Source: Pseudomonadota bacterium
GTDB taxonomy: Bacteria; Myxococcota_A; UBA9042; GCA-2863065
Assembly: GCA_947498315.1 (NCBI GenBank)
Contig: CANMLD010000001.1
Span: 38,781 to 102,780 of the forward strand
Direction of reading: 5' to 3'
DNA: 64,000 nucleotides
Positions within the stretch are counted from its first letter, which is position 1. Each line of letters begins with the position of its first letter. Below the pieces are notes generated by a model, which worked only from the letters and a program-made list of their open reading frames with translations, was not told the DNA's origin and did not search any database. The position numbers and the translations under genes were made by a program. Shown piece after piece: positions 22,713 through 32,551 of this stretch.

Positions 22713-23288
22713 ATGGAGATGCAATCGACCTCGACACCCTTCATGACGCCACGTCGGCTGCGTCGGCAGGAGTACGACCAGCTCGTCGCCTTGGGGGCTT
22801 TCGATGGCGAGAAGATCGAGCTCATTCGAGGAGCGCTGTTCAGAATGAGCCCAATACCACCGAGACATTCCTGTGTCGTTCAACGACTTCAGTCCCGTTT
22901 CCACACGGGCCTGATGGAACGAGCGATCATGATTGGGCAGTCACCATTCATCGCGGCCGACGACTCCCAACCAGAACCCGACGTGGCGATCGTTCCAACG
23001 CGCGACTAAAGCGACGAACATCCCGATGAGGCGTTGCTGCTCATCGAAGTCGCCGAGTCATCGCTACGGTCTGACCGAGACGTGAAAGGCCCGCTCTACG
23101 CGGAGAGCCGGGTCCGTGAGTACTGGATCGTCGCTATCGAACGGGATTGTATCGAGGTCTATCGAGACTCGGCGGACGGCCACTGGAATACGGTGTTCAC
23201 CGTGGGCCGAGACGGCACAGACTCACCACTCGCGTTCCCCGATCTCGTCATCCCCGTCGAGGCAATCCTCCCCCCGCCGCGTTGTTAG
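22713..23288 (+). pseudogene. Uma2-family endonuclease with an in-frame stop at 23007-23009
   Basis: IELIRG...MSP...QPEPDVAIV-TRD*SDEHP-LLIEVAESS...K..LYAES.VREYWIV; both halves are in the same frame. Confidence 0.85.
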
Positions 23289-23955
23289 ACCGAGTCGAGA
23301 AGCCGCGAACCACCGACAGGAGCCCGAGCGCGAGGACGATCGGCGTGTGCGTCACGAGCACATGCAGCGCTTCGAGGTGGGGGCAGTGGAGCCCGATCGC
23401 GAGGTAGCCGCCGAACCCAGCGGCCGCCCCCGCCGCGAACGCCGTGGCGCCGAGCTGCGGCGAGCGCGCCGACGCCGACACGAGCGCGACGCCGGGGAGC
23501 GAGAGCACGAGGCCCATTCCGAGGCAGGCGGCCGGACCGATGGGACCGGCGCCGTGGCTGGCATAGGCAAGAATTCCGACGGCAATGGGTGATAGGAGCG
23601 TCGCCGCCAAGGTCGCGACGGCAACCGCCCGACTCAGCGGCGGTCGGTAAAGCGGACGCATCGCCAGCACGACCGCGAGTAGGACGGCGAAACCCGAAAG
23701 CCCAATCAGCACGGCGCGTTCGGCCACGCTTTGCGCGGGCGTGAACGCGGACCCGGCGAGCGCCGTGAGCCCAATCGGCAAGCCCAGCGCCATCAGGGCG
23801 ACCACCGCAGCCCGAGCTGGGGTGGGGCGTGATCGCCACCAAGCCATCGGCCCTCGTTCGCGAGCGAGCGCGTCATCGAGCGTCGGACGCAGGCTCGCGA
23901 GCAGCGCCTTCTCTTCGCTCTCTGTCGACGTGTATCGCTCGTCACCGCCGTTCAT
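23248..23955 (-). CDS. Membrane anti-sigma factor, NrsF/DUF1109-like
   Basis: About 6 TMs, ACLGMG and LHCP...HVLVTH motifs; lies downstream of the ECF sigma factor. Confidence 0.75.
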   Translation of the reverse strand: MNGGDERYTSTESEEKALLASLRPTLDDALARERGPMAWWRSRPTPARAAVVALMALGLPIGLTALAGSAFTPAQSVAERAVLIGLSGFAVLLAVVLAMRPLYRPPLSRAVAVATLAATLLSPIAVGILAYASHGAGPIGPAACLGMGLVLSLPGVALVSASARSPQLGATAFAAGAAAGFGGYLAIGLHCPHLEALHVLVTHTPIVLALGLLSVVRGFSTRSNNAAGGGLPRRG

Positions 23956-24017
23956 CGCCAGGACTCTCCATGGGCGCATCGCCTCGCCATTTTGTCTACG
24001 CCCCGGAGCGGCATCGG

Positions 24018-24566
24018 TTACACCGGCTCCGCAGACAGGATCACTCGAAGCTTCTCGTAACCTCGGTGAGCACGCACCTTGACGGCCGACAGGCCGGCGC
24101 CGACGACGGTCGCGACCTCCGCGAACGGCATCTCTTCGAGCCAATGCAGCTCGATGACCTCGCGCTGTCCTTGGGGCAGGGCCGCAAGCGCTGCCCGAAG
24201 CCGCTCGATGTCCTTGGGCCGATCGAGATCCGGCGGCGGCTCGGCAGGCACATCGAGCGCCTCGACGTCGGTGTAGACCTCCTTCGACCGCCCCCACGTA
24301 CGTTGCCGTTGCCGGCGCAGGTTGAGCGCGATGGTCATCACCCACGGCTTCAGTGGCCGCGTGCCATCGAAGTCGAAGCGGGCCCGATGGATTTGAAGGA
24401 AGGTCTGTTGAACGACGTCGGCGACCTCTGCCCGCCGGTCGAGCGCTCGAGCGACGACCCGCGTCAGCAGCGGCGCGTAGCGGCCAAAGAGCACGTCAAA
24501 GGCGCGACTGTCCCCATCTCGGTAACGCAGGAACAGGGCTTCGTCGGTCTCGAACTCAGGCGGCAC
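24018..24566 (-). CDS. ECF RNA polymerase sigma factor
   Basis: Region 2 DVVQQTFLQIH...PWVMTIALN; region 4 LPQGQREVI...AVKVRAHRG. Confidence 0.92.
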   Translation of the reverse strand: MPPEFETDEALFLRYRDGDSRAFDVLFGRYAPLLTRVVARALDRRAEVADVVQQTFLQIHRARFDFDGTRPLKPWVMTIALNLRRQRQRTWGRSKEVYTDVEALDVPAEPPPDLDRPKDIERLRAALAALPQGQREVIELHWLEEMPFAEVATVVGAGLSAVKVRAHRGYEKLRVILSAEPV

Positions 24567-24717
24567 GGGGGGACGGTGCCATGCGGCGGGGAGCTGTGCA
24601 ACTCAGCCACAGCGACGGCGTCGCCGGCTCCCGCCGGAGCTCCCGCTGGGCTTCAGCGCCTGCGGGATCGCTTCAAGGCCATCACCGGGGTAGAGCCCTC
24701 CTAGCCCCCGCTGAGCG

Positions 24718-25746
24718 TTAGACCCCGCCCGCTACCGCCGCATCGACCTGTGCCCGAGCCCTCGGACCGACCTCTTTGAAGTGAGCGAGCTGAATATCGA
24801 GTCCGAGCCGGCCCGCCCGGCCGACGGCCCGACCGATGGCCCTATGAATCCACGCGTCGTCATTGCCGAACGCCCCGCCGCCGAGAAAGGTCAGCACTAC
24901 GCGGCCGCTGCCATGCCCTGTGGCTCGGTCGAGCGCGGCCGCGAGCACGGTCGCTTCGTACGCCGCGTCGAGGGCGAGCGTTCCGAGCGGGGCCCATGGC
25001 TCAGTCCGGAGGCCAGAGTAGGCCACCGAAAGCGCAGAGCAGAAGGCCTGCGAACACGTCGGCGGTCCCGACGGGCGCGGCGCTGGCCGCCGGAATCGGC
25101 TCGCGAAGGTCACCTCGACGCGCGTCTGCAGGCCGATTCGGATGTGGCCCATGAGCTCGTCGCGGTCAGACGCGCCCAGGCGGCTTCCGAGCGTCGCGAG
25201 GCGGGGTAGGGTGGAGGTCGTGTAGCCGTTCTTCACGCCCCAGCCTGGATCGCCCGGTCCGAGCGCCGCTGCGAGCCCCGCCAGATTGTCGATCTGGCGG
25301 TCCCGGGTCTGGCCGATCTGATCGCCGACCGGCGCGAAGTAGTTCCGGTACACCGTCGCCGCACCGGCCGCCATGGCGCAGGCGGGACCCTGCGTCGGGT
25401 CGCTCTGATAGCCCGTGACCCCATGCTCGGGCAACACCGAAGGACCTGTGAACTCCAGGCAGTTGAACTGCGATGCGACCTGAAACAGGGCGCCCTGATA
25501 CTCCGGCCGCGCATGCGCCTCGAAGATGTCCGCGACGGCGAGATGCTCGAAGCGGCTCGGGCCGAGGTCGGGGAGATCAGTGGCTCTTTCACGAAGCGTC
25601 GCCAATGACGGCGTCTCGAAGAGCCCGGTCCCATAGGACTGGCCATTGACCCGGCTCAGCAGCCGCTCACCCTCGACCGAGAAGCTCGCTTGCGTCCGAG
25701 TGTAGTCCGTCTCGCGAAAGCCGAAGAGGGTCTGAAACCAGTCCAT
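24718..25746 (-). CDS. Conserved hypothetical protein, putative macrodomain/PARG-like fold
   Basis: FQVASQFNCLE, DPTQGPACA, LTFLGGGAFGND; starts 9 bp after the upstream stop. Confidence 0.7.
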   Translation of the reverse strand: MDWFQTLFGFRETDYTRTQASFSVEGERLLSRVNGQSYGTGLFETPSLATLRERATDLPDLGPSRFEHLAVADIFEAHARPEYQGALFQVASQFNCLEFTGPSVLPEHGVTGYQSDPTQGPACAMAAGAATVYRNYFAPVGDQIGQTRDRQIDNLAGLAAALGPGDPGWGVKNGYTTSTLPRLATLGSRLGASDRDELMGHIRIGLQTRVEVTFASRFRRPAPRPSGPPTCSQAFCSALSVAYSGLRTEPWAPLGTLALDAAYEATVLAAALDRATGHGSGRVVLTFLGGGAFGNDDAWIHRAIGRAVGRAGRLGLDIQLAHFKEVGPRARAQVDAAVAGGV

Positions 25747-25755
25747 GTCGCCGCC

Positions 25756-28700
25756 TCAGGTCGCGCCGTAGACCGTGAGGGTGTACGGGAACGCGCCGAA
25801 ATCATTGATCGTCTTGCCGCGAATCTCGATGAGATACTCCCTCGAGCCGGCCGGGAGCTCGGGCCGCGGCACGGTCCAGTCGATGTCGATGGACTCGTTC
25901 GCTTTCCCAGAGTTCTCCGACGTGTAGGTCGCCTGATAGACGCCCGACTTGAACACATGCACCGAGAGGTCGAAGTCGAGCGCGCCCATGAGCGGCGTTA
26001 CGTCGACGCGGATCCGGTTGCCGGTCGCCTCGAAGAAGTCCTTGTCGCCCTTGACCGAGATCATCGAGCGGGTCTCGCGGATGGTCCCGGACGACGAGTT
26101 GTAGCGGTCAACGAAGCCGCGCACCTTCATGGCCCGTGCGGACGCCAGTGTGGCCGTGGGGCCCGGCACGAAGGGCGCCGCCCAGCGATCGTTCGGCTCG
26201 AAGGGGTCGATGGCGCCCGTTCGGTAGAGCTGCCCACCGGTCGTCTCGAGGTGGCCGTTCGTGAGGAGCCGCGCCGGCGTGGCGGTGTTCTGACCCAAGG
26301 TGTAGCAGTGCAGCTCCGCGTTGGCTGTCCCGACGAAGAGGATGTCGAGGCGCCCGTCCCGGTTGATGTCGCCGATGACGGGGGCATCCGCAGCGGTCGT
26401 GATCGGATAGCCGTCCATCACCGTCCCAGCCCGGGTGATGCTGACTGCACTCCCGGTCGTGCGAACCACCTCCCAAATGCCGTCGCCGTCCAGGTCGACC
26501 ACGCCGCCTTGGGTGCCTGACTGTTTTCCCGCCGTGAGGACGCCCGAGCCGTCTATCGGGGCGAGCCGAGTATTGCCCGTGTTCACGCCTGAGGCGGGCG
26601 TCGCGGCGGTGCCGTCGAGGTTCCACGCCAGGTTCAACGTGCCACCGTTCGACTTGCCGAAGCTGTGCCAGATCTCGTTGGCGCCATCGCCGTCGACGTC
26701 CGCGATGAGCGGGACGGGGCCGCCCGCATAGGCGAAGGCCGAGTCCTGGACTATGAAGTTCGTCGTTGGGTCTTTCGCGTAGGCGCCGGTGATGGGGTCG
26801 ACCACGACGAGGTAGCCCTTACACGCTGGGTTGCCGGGCGTGTTGCATGTGTAGTAGCCGGTACCGACGACGACCTCCGCGTCGCCATCGCCGTCGATGT
26901 CCACTGCCGCGGGCACGTCGGCCGAGAAGTAGGCTCCTGCCGGCGCCGCTACTTTGTGGATGGTCTTCGCGCCACCGCTCCCGTTGCGCAGGATGATGGA
27001 CAAATGGTCGTCCGTCCCTCCGACGAGATCGATGTTGCCGTCGGCGTCGAGGTCGAACGCGATGCCGGGACGATAGCCCGTCACTCGTACAGCGGCACCG
27101 CTGTAGCTCTCGATGACGGCGCCGGTCTTGCCGTTCAGCACGCGCACGAGGTTGCCCTCGAAGGTCACCACGTCGACCTGCCCATCGAGGTTCACGTCGG
27201 CCAAGACCGGATAGCTGTACGCGATGGATGCGGGGGTGCTCCAAAGCTCGTCGCCCGTCGCCGTGAAGACCTGAACCGGGCCCGTCCCGACCGTGACGAC
27301 TTCGTAGGTGTTCGTCGCGGCGTCGAGCTGACCGATTGCCGGGTAGCCGACCGTCGCGCCGATGGGAATGGGCCAATTCCCTGCGCAGATCTCGGGGCAT
27401 TGGACGTCGACGACCTTGCCGTCGCAGTTGTTGAGCTGGCCGTCGCAGAGCTCGGGGGCCCCGGGATAGGCGGTCGCCGCCGAGTCGTTGCAGTCAGTGG
27501 CGACGGTCGCGTAGCCCTTCGGCGCCGCATCGGACGTCCCATCGCCACTCGAGTCCGAGAGGCAGCTCTTCGTGCCCGGCGTGCCCTTCGCGCCGTACGC
27601 GTCACCATCGAGGTCGACGTAGACGGTCACGAGGGGCAGGCTCTCGTCGGTCTGCCCGTCGCAGTCGTCGTCGATGAGGTTGCAGCCTTCGGTCTTGTTC
27701 GGAGCGATGGCCCCGTTGAAGTCATTGCAGTCGCCGCCTTTGCTCGAGTAACCGGGTGGCACGGAGCAGGCCTCTTTGGTGTTGTAGGCCGCCCCGAAGG
27801 TGTCGCCGTCGTTGTCGACGTAGAACGTCTCCTTCACGCCCTCGTCGACTTGCCCGTTGCAGTTGTTGTCCTTGTTGTCACAGGCCTCGAGCGCGCCCGG
27901 GTAGCGGTCCTTGTCGTTATCGTCGCAATCGTCGCCTTCGACGGCGGGGTACGCCGTGGTGGGTCCACACAGGCACTTCACCTGGCCGGCCGTGCCGTGC
28001 CCGTCGCCGTCCTTGTCGGCGAAGTGGTTCGTGCAGCCGAGCGAGCCCTCCTCGTCGGTCTGACCGTCACAGTCGTCGTCCGTACCGTTGCACACCTCGA
28101 GCTGGCCGGGCTTCACTGATGGCGCGCTGTCATTGCAGTCCCCGCCGAGAGCGACGAGGCCCGACGTGCCCGGACAGGCACAGGACGGGGCACCCGAACC
28201 GTAGCCGTCGCCGTCACCGTCGACGTAGGCGTTGCTGCACCCGAACGACCCGACGCCGTCGACGTTGCCGTCGCAGTCGTCGTCCTTGCCATTGCAGGAC
28301 TCCGTCGCATCGGGGAACACCAACGCGTTCTTGTCGTCGCAGTCCCCCGCCGTCGGCGCCGTGAAGGGGGGTAGGCCACCGCAGAGGCAGCGGCTCACCG
28401 CGGCGTTGCCAAAACCGTCACCGTCTTCGTTCAGGTAATACGTGACGCACCCGCCGGCGTTCTCTTCGTCCACGGCACCATCGCAGTCGTCATCCCGACC
28501 GTTGCAGGACTCGGTCGCCGCTGGCGAGACGGCAGCGTCGAGCGGCGCACAGTCAATACCGTCAGGTGCGCCATCGCCATCGTCGTCGTCGTCGCAAACG
28601 TCGCCTTTGCCGTCGCCGTCCTTGTTGGCCTGACCGCCGTTGCTCAGCACCGGGCAGTTGTCGTCTGGGTCGAGCACGCCGTCACCGTCGTCGTCGTCGT

Positions 28701-30801
28701 CGAGGCAGTTCGCCACGCCATCCGCGTCGTTGTCCGGGAACCCTTCGTCCGCGATGCCGTTGCAGTTGTCGTCGATGGCGTTGCACGCCTCGGTCGCGCC
28801 GTGGTGGACGAGCGGGTTGAGCTTTTGGCAGTCGGTGAGGTCCGGATCGAGGTCACCGTCGAGGTCCGACTCGCAAGCGTCGCCGATCCCGTCACCGTCC
28901 GAATCCGTCTGACCCGGGTCCGGCGTCACCGGGCACAGATCGTCCTGGTCAGCCACGCCGTCGCCGTCGTCGTCGACGTCGACGCAGTCGGCCGCCCCAT
29001 CGGCGTCGAGGTCGGGGAAACCCTCGTCGACGAGCTTGTCGCAGCTTTGGTCGATGCCGTCGCACACCTCCTTGGCGCCGGGCTGAATGGTCGCGTCGAG
29101 CGGCGCGCAGTCCGAGCCGTCGGGCCACAAGTCGCCGTCATCGTTGGGATCACAGGCATCTCCGAGCCCATCTGTATCGGTGTCGGTCTGGGCGGGGTCT
29201 GGGGTGACCGGGCATCCATCGCTCGCGTCCGGTACGCCATCGCCGTCGTCGTCGGCGGAGAGGCAGTCCGCCACGCCGTCGAGGTTGGTGTCGGGGTAGC
29301 CCTCATCGAGGAGGCCGTCGCAGTCCTGGTCCTTGCCGTCGCAGACCTCATCCGCGCCCGGGTGCACGGTGACGTCGAGCGGGGCGCAGTCTTGCGTGTC
29401 GGTCCAGCCGTCGCCGTCGTCATCGGGGTCGCAGGCATCGCCTGTCTCGTCGCCGTCGAAGTTCGCCTGGTCCGGGTCCTCGACGAAGGGGCAGACGTCG
29501 GTCAGGTCGGGGACGCCGTCGCCGTCTTTGTCGTTCTCGAGGCAGTCCGCGATCCCATCCTCGTCGGTGTCGGCGAACTGTTCGTCGATGCTCTCGTCAC
29601 AGTCGTTGTCTTTGCCGTCGCAGAGCTCGCTGGCGCCTGGGTAGACCACCGGGTCCGTCGGTACGCAGTCGCTCGCATCTGGCGCGAGATCGTTGTCATC
29701 ATCGGCGTCGCAGACGTCGCCCTGGGTGTCCTGGTCGAAGTTCTGCTGGTCCTCGTTTGGCACCGTCTTGCAGTTGTCTTCCTCGTTTGGGATCCCGTCG
29801 TCGTCCGCGTCGGACTCGAGGCAGTCGGCCTGGCCGTCGCCGTCGCTGTCCGGGAAGCCGTCGTCGGTGGCTCCGTTGCAGTCGTTGTCGACGCCGTCGC
29901 AGAGATCTTGGGCAGGGACGCGGGCGGAACAGACGAGCGCCCCGGAGTCGCACGTGCGTTCCCCGGAGCACGTGCCAACCTGATTGGAGCTTTCGCACGG
30001 ATCGGGCGGCAGGCCGTCGTCCGTGAGGCCGTTGCAGTCGTCGTCCTTGCCGTTGCACTGCTCCACGCTGGCCGCCGTTGCATCGCAAGCGGAGAGCCCC
30101 GCCGGTGTACATGTGCGGGTGCCGAGGCAGACCCCGATCTCATTGGCGCCCGAGCACGCCGTCGAGGCTTCCTCAGCGACCCACTGCGGCTTGCACGTGC
30201 ACTGTCCCGACGTCGGGACGCACTGCGGTGGCGCGCCCGTGACCGCCTCTTCGCACGCATAGCCGACCGGGCAAGCGACATCGGAGCAATCGCCGCCGCA
30301 GAAGGAGCCGTCGGGGCCGAACGACACGCACCGATCGTCGCCGACGCCGACCTGTCCGACGCAGTCTTCGCTCGTGCGACAAGGCCGACAGAGCTTCGGG
30401 AAACGCGGCACGCAGACGTAATGCAGGTCGGCGCCGGGCAGCGCGACGCCCTTGCAGGCGTACTCCTCCTTGCAGGTGTCGACGCAGGGGTCGGTGCACT
30501 CGCTCTCGACGCACACCCCGGACGGGCAGTCCGCGTTCTCCGCGCAGTAGGTCGGCGTCACCGGGCCGGGTTCGCCCGTGTCGGCATCACCCCCGTCGAC
30601 TCCGGGACCGGGCGTGCTGTCGCTCTCGAAGCCTGACACGTCCTTGCTGCCCGCCGCGTCCGATTCCAGCGGGACGACCGGGATATCGGGCTGTTCGCCC
30701 GACGTCGTCTCGGAGCCGCAAGCGCCGACCAGAAGGAGAAGCGGGATGAAGCGGGCGAACATCGTAGGGATCGTCATGCGTGGAGGGTAGTCGTTCGGCA
30801 T
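25756..30801 (-). CDS. Giant Cys/Asp-rich lipoprotein with MopE-like putative metal-binding repeats, TSP3 repeats and a C-terminal FG-GAP/VCBS region (start may be 30762)
   Basis: Lipobox LLLVGAC; many ExCNGxDDDCDG and DxDGDG repeats; DVNLDGQVD, DIDGDGDAE, GDINRDGRLD; DPFEPND. Confidence 0.85.
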   Translation of the reverse strand: MPNDYPPRMTIPTMFARFIPLLLLVGACGSETTSGEQPDIPVVPLESDAAGSKDVSGFESDSTPGPGVDGGDADTGEPGPVTPTYCAENADCPSGVCVESECTDPCVDTCKEEYACKGVALPGADLHYVCVPRFPKLCRPCRTSEDCVGQVGVGDDRCVSFGPDGSFCGGDCSDVACPVGYACEEAVTGAPPQCVPTSGQCTCKPQWVAEEASTACSGANEIGVCLGTRTCTPAGLSACDATAASVEQCNGKDDDCNGLTDDGLPPDPCESSNQVGTCSGERTCDSGALVCSARVPAQDLCDGVDNDCNGATDDGFPDSDGDGQADCLESDADDDGIPNEEDNCKTVPNEDQQNFDQDTQGDVCDADDDNDLAPDASDCVPTDPVVYPGASELCDGKDNDCDESIDEQFADTDEDGIADCLENDKDGDGVPDLTDVCPFVEDPDQANFDGDETGDACDPDDDGDGWTDTQDCAPLDVTVHPGADEVCDGKDQDCDGLLDEGYPDTNLDGVADCLSADDDGDGVPDASDGCPVTPDPAQTDTDTDGLGDACDPNDDGDLWPDGSDCAPLDATIQPGAKEVCDGIDQSCDKLVDEGFPDLDADGAADCVDVDDDGDGVADQDDLCPVTPDPGQTDSDGDGIGDACESDLDGDLDPDLTDCQKLNPLVHHGATEACNAIDDNCNGIADEGFPDNDADGVANCLDDDDDGDGVLDPDDNCPVLSNGGQANKDGDGKGDVCDDDDDGDGAPDGIDCAPLDAAVSPAATESCNGRDDDCDGAVDEENAGGCVTYYLNEDGDGFGNAAVSRCLCGGLPPFTAPTAGDCDDKNALVFPDATESCNGKDDDCDGNVDGVGSFGCSNAYVDGDGDGYGSGAPSCACPGTSGLVALGGDCNDSAPSVKPGQLEVCNGTDDDCDGQTDEEGSLGCTNHFADKDGDGHGTAGQVKCLCGPTTAYPAVEGDDCDDNDKDRYPGALEACDNKDNNCNGQVDEGVKETFYVDNDGDTFGAAYNTKEACSVPPGYSSKGGDCNDFNGAIAPNKTEGCNLIDDDCDGQTDESLPLVTVYVDLDGDAYGAKGTPGTKSCLSDSSGDGTSDAAPKGYATVATDCNDSAATAYPGAPELCDGQLNNCDGKVVDVQCPEICAGNWPIPIGATVGYPAIGQLDAATNTYEVVTVGTGPVQVFTATGDELWSTPASIAYSYPVLADVNLDGQVDVVTFEGNLVRVLNGKTGAVIESYSGAAVRVTGYRPGIAFDLDADGNIDLVGGTDDHLSIILRNGSGGAKTIHKVAAPAGAYFSADVPAAVDIDGDGDAEVVVGTGYYTCNTPGNPACKGYLVVVDPITGAYAKDPTTNFIVQDSAFAYAGGPVPLIADVDGDGANEIWHSFGKSNGGTLNLAWNLDGTAATPASGVNTGNTRLAPIDGSGVLTAGKQSGTQGGVVDLDGDGIWEVVRTTGSAVSITRAGTVMDGYPITTAADAPVIGDINRDGRLDILFVGTANAELHCYTLGQNTATPARLLTNGHLETTGGQLYRTGAIDPFEPNDRWAAPFVPGPTATLASARAMKVRGFVDRYNSSSGTIRETRSMISVKGDKDFFEATGNRIRVDVTPLMGALDFDLSVHVFKSGVYQATYTSENSGKANESIDIDWTVPRPELPAGSREYLIEIRGKTINDFGAFPYTLTVYGAT

Positions 30802-30842
30802 GGGGCTGGTCTACCTCGAGGCGCTGTGATAGTGCGCCCCCC

Positions 30843-31316
30843 ATGCGCTTGTGGCTCATGAAAAGTGAACCGGACGTCTTCTCGATTCAGGATCTCGAAC
30901 GCCAGGGACAGTCGATCTGGGAGGGCGTTCGCAACTACCAAGCGCGAAACTGGATGCGCGAGATGCGGCTCGGCGACCTCGTCCTGTTCTACCACTCGAA
31001 CGCCACGCCGCCCGGCGTCGTCGGCATCGGCCGCATCCTGCGAGAGGCCTACCCAGACCCCTTCCAGCACGACGCCAAGAGCGACTACTACGACCCCAAG
31101 TCGCCCCTGCATGAGCCGCGCTGGTCCGCCATCGACCTCGGCTTCGTCGAGCGCCTCCCGCGCGAGGTCACGCTCGAGAGCATGAAGGCCGATCCGGGCC
31201 TCGCGGGCATGAAGGTCCTCGAGAAGGGCTCACGCCTCTCGGTGACCCCCGTCGACCTCGCTCACTTCGTCCACGTGCTCGGCCTCGGCGGCAGCGCACT
31301 CACTCTCCCCGCCTGA
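30843..31316 (+). CDS. EVE domain protein
   Basis: WLMKSEPDVFS...WEGVRNYQARN...FYHSN...RLSVTPV. Confidence 0.95.
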   Translation: MRLWLMKSEPDVFSIQDLERQGQSIWEGVRNYQARNWMREMRLGDLVLFYHSNATPPGVVGIGRILREAYPDPFQHDAKSDYYDPKSPLHEPRWSAIDLGFVERLPREVTLESMKADPGLAGMKVLEKGSRLSVTPVDLAHFVHVLGLGGSALTLPA

Positions 31317-31381
31317 TGGGAATGGGGACAGCTCGAGCAGCGGTTCCCCCGCCACGAACGCCCTCGTCCCGGAGATTGCCC

Positions 31382-32503
31382 ATGAACTTGTCCCAGCTCC
31401 TCCGCTACGCCGTTTCGCTCCCCCTCGGACTTGCGGCGCTCATCTCGACGCCTGCCTCCGCCAATGACAGCGTCTACGGCGGCTGCTCCGGTGCCATGAG
31501 CGGCCTCGACGGGCGGGCGACGTGCGTCCCGAAGAAGACCGACCAGATCGCCCTCATCGACGAGAAGCTCACCATCACCCAGACGACGAAAGGCTGGGAC
31601 GTCGTAGCGCTCTACACGCTCGAGCACACCGGCAAGGCCGCCCTCGCCGTCCCCGTGGGCTTCCCGGTGTCGGACCCCTACGAGCCCGGCGACGAAGAAG
31701 GGTCCGAGACCCGCGACACGAAGCCGCCCCTCCCCGACTACCGCGTCTTCGTGGACGGCAAAACCCTCGATTACACTCTGTTCTTCCCGGCCAATCAGGG
31801 CGACGACAAGTCCAAAAAAGCCGCCGAGGAGTTCGGTTACGACGCCGTCTATCTGGTCGATGTGCCCTTCGAGCCCGGGCAGAAGCGCGTGCTCGAACAC
31901 CGCTACTCGCACGCGGCATCGGCGAACTCCATCGGCCTGCACTGGGTGAACTACATCCTGCGCACCGGGGCCAACTGGAAGGGCGGCACCATCGGCCGCA
32001 TCGTGGCCAAGGTCGTCCTCAACGTCCCGATCGCGCCGGGCTGCCACGGCATGTCGCTGCCCGGTTGGAAGTGGCTACCCGAGAGCCGCACGATGATCTT
32101 CGAAGCGACGAACTGGAAGCCCACGAAGGACTTGCAGGCCACGTGGGTCGACGCCAACCACCGCGCGAGCCCGGAGATCGAGGGATGGGCGGGCGATGCC
32201 GGGGCTACCGTCGTCGATCTCCTCGAAGGCGGCGACGCGCTCGCCAAGGCCAAGTCGCCGAAACTTCTCGCGCTTTACGAGACGATTCTCGGTTTCTACC
32301 GGGCGACGGCGGGCGCGAAACCGCCCGAGAGCATCAAGGAGGGCGAGTTCTGCGAGGCGGGGCTCGAGTACGCGAAGGGGGCCACGGCGGACCCGAAGCT
32401 GAAACTCGCGGAGATCACGGGCGACGCCGGGAAGTTGCTCGTCGACATCGACGCGGAGCTGACCAGGCGGAAGGTGGAGCACCCGGTCCTGCCGCCCAAG
32501 TAG
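31382..32503 (+). CDS. Secreted DUF4424-like protein
   Basis: Signal peptide ...PASA-ND; VGFP; YILRTGANWKG; NWKPTKDL. Confidence 0.75.
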   Translation: MNLSQLLRYAVSLPLGLAALISTPASANDSVYGGCSGAMSGLDGRATCVPKKTDQIALIDEKLTITQTTKGWDVVALYTLEHTGKAALAVPVGFPVSDPYEPGDEEGSETRDTKPPLPDYRVFVDGKTLDYTLFFPANQGDDKSKKAAEEFGYDAVYLVDVPFEPGQKRVLEHRYSHAASANSIGLHWVNYILRTGANWKGGTIGRIVAKVVLNVPIAPGCHGMSLPGWKWLPESRTMIFEATNWKPTKDLQATWVDANHRASPEIEGWAGDAGATVVDLLEGGDALAKAKSPKLLALYETILGFYRATAGAKPPESIKEGEFCEAGLEYAKGATADPKLKLAEITGDAGKLLVDIDAELTRRKVEHPVLPPK

Positions 32504-32551
32504 AGCTGGACCATAGACACGCGGCCCGACTTCGAGGCACCGTAGTCGGCC

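Noticed and set aside
23007..23009. Stop-codon recoding (Sec/Pyl) in the Uma2 gene
   Set aside because: The codon is TAA, which is not recoded to Sec or Pyl, and TAA terminates other genes in the window.
28801..30636. Long antisense or alternate-frame ORFs (also 370-1587, 2215-3612, 18647-20044, 26665-28119, 37572-38843, 61576-62817)
   Set aside because: Shadow ORFs of high-GC genes with recognisable motifs on the other strand; they have no motifs of their own.
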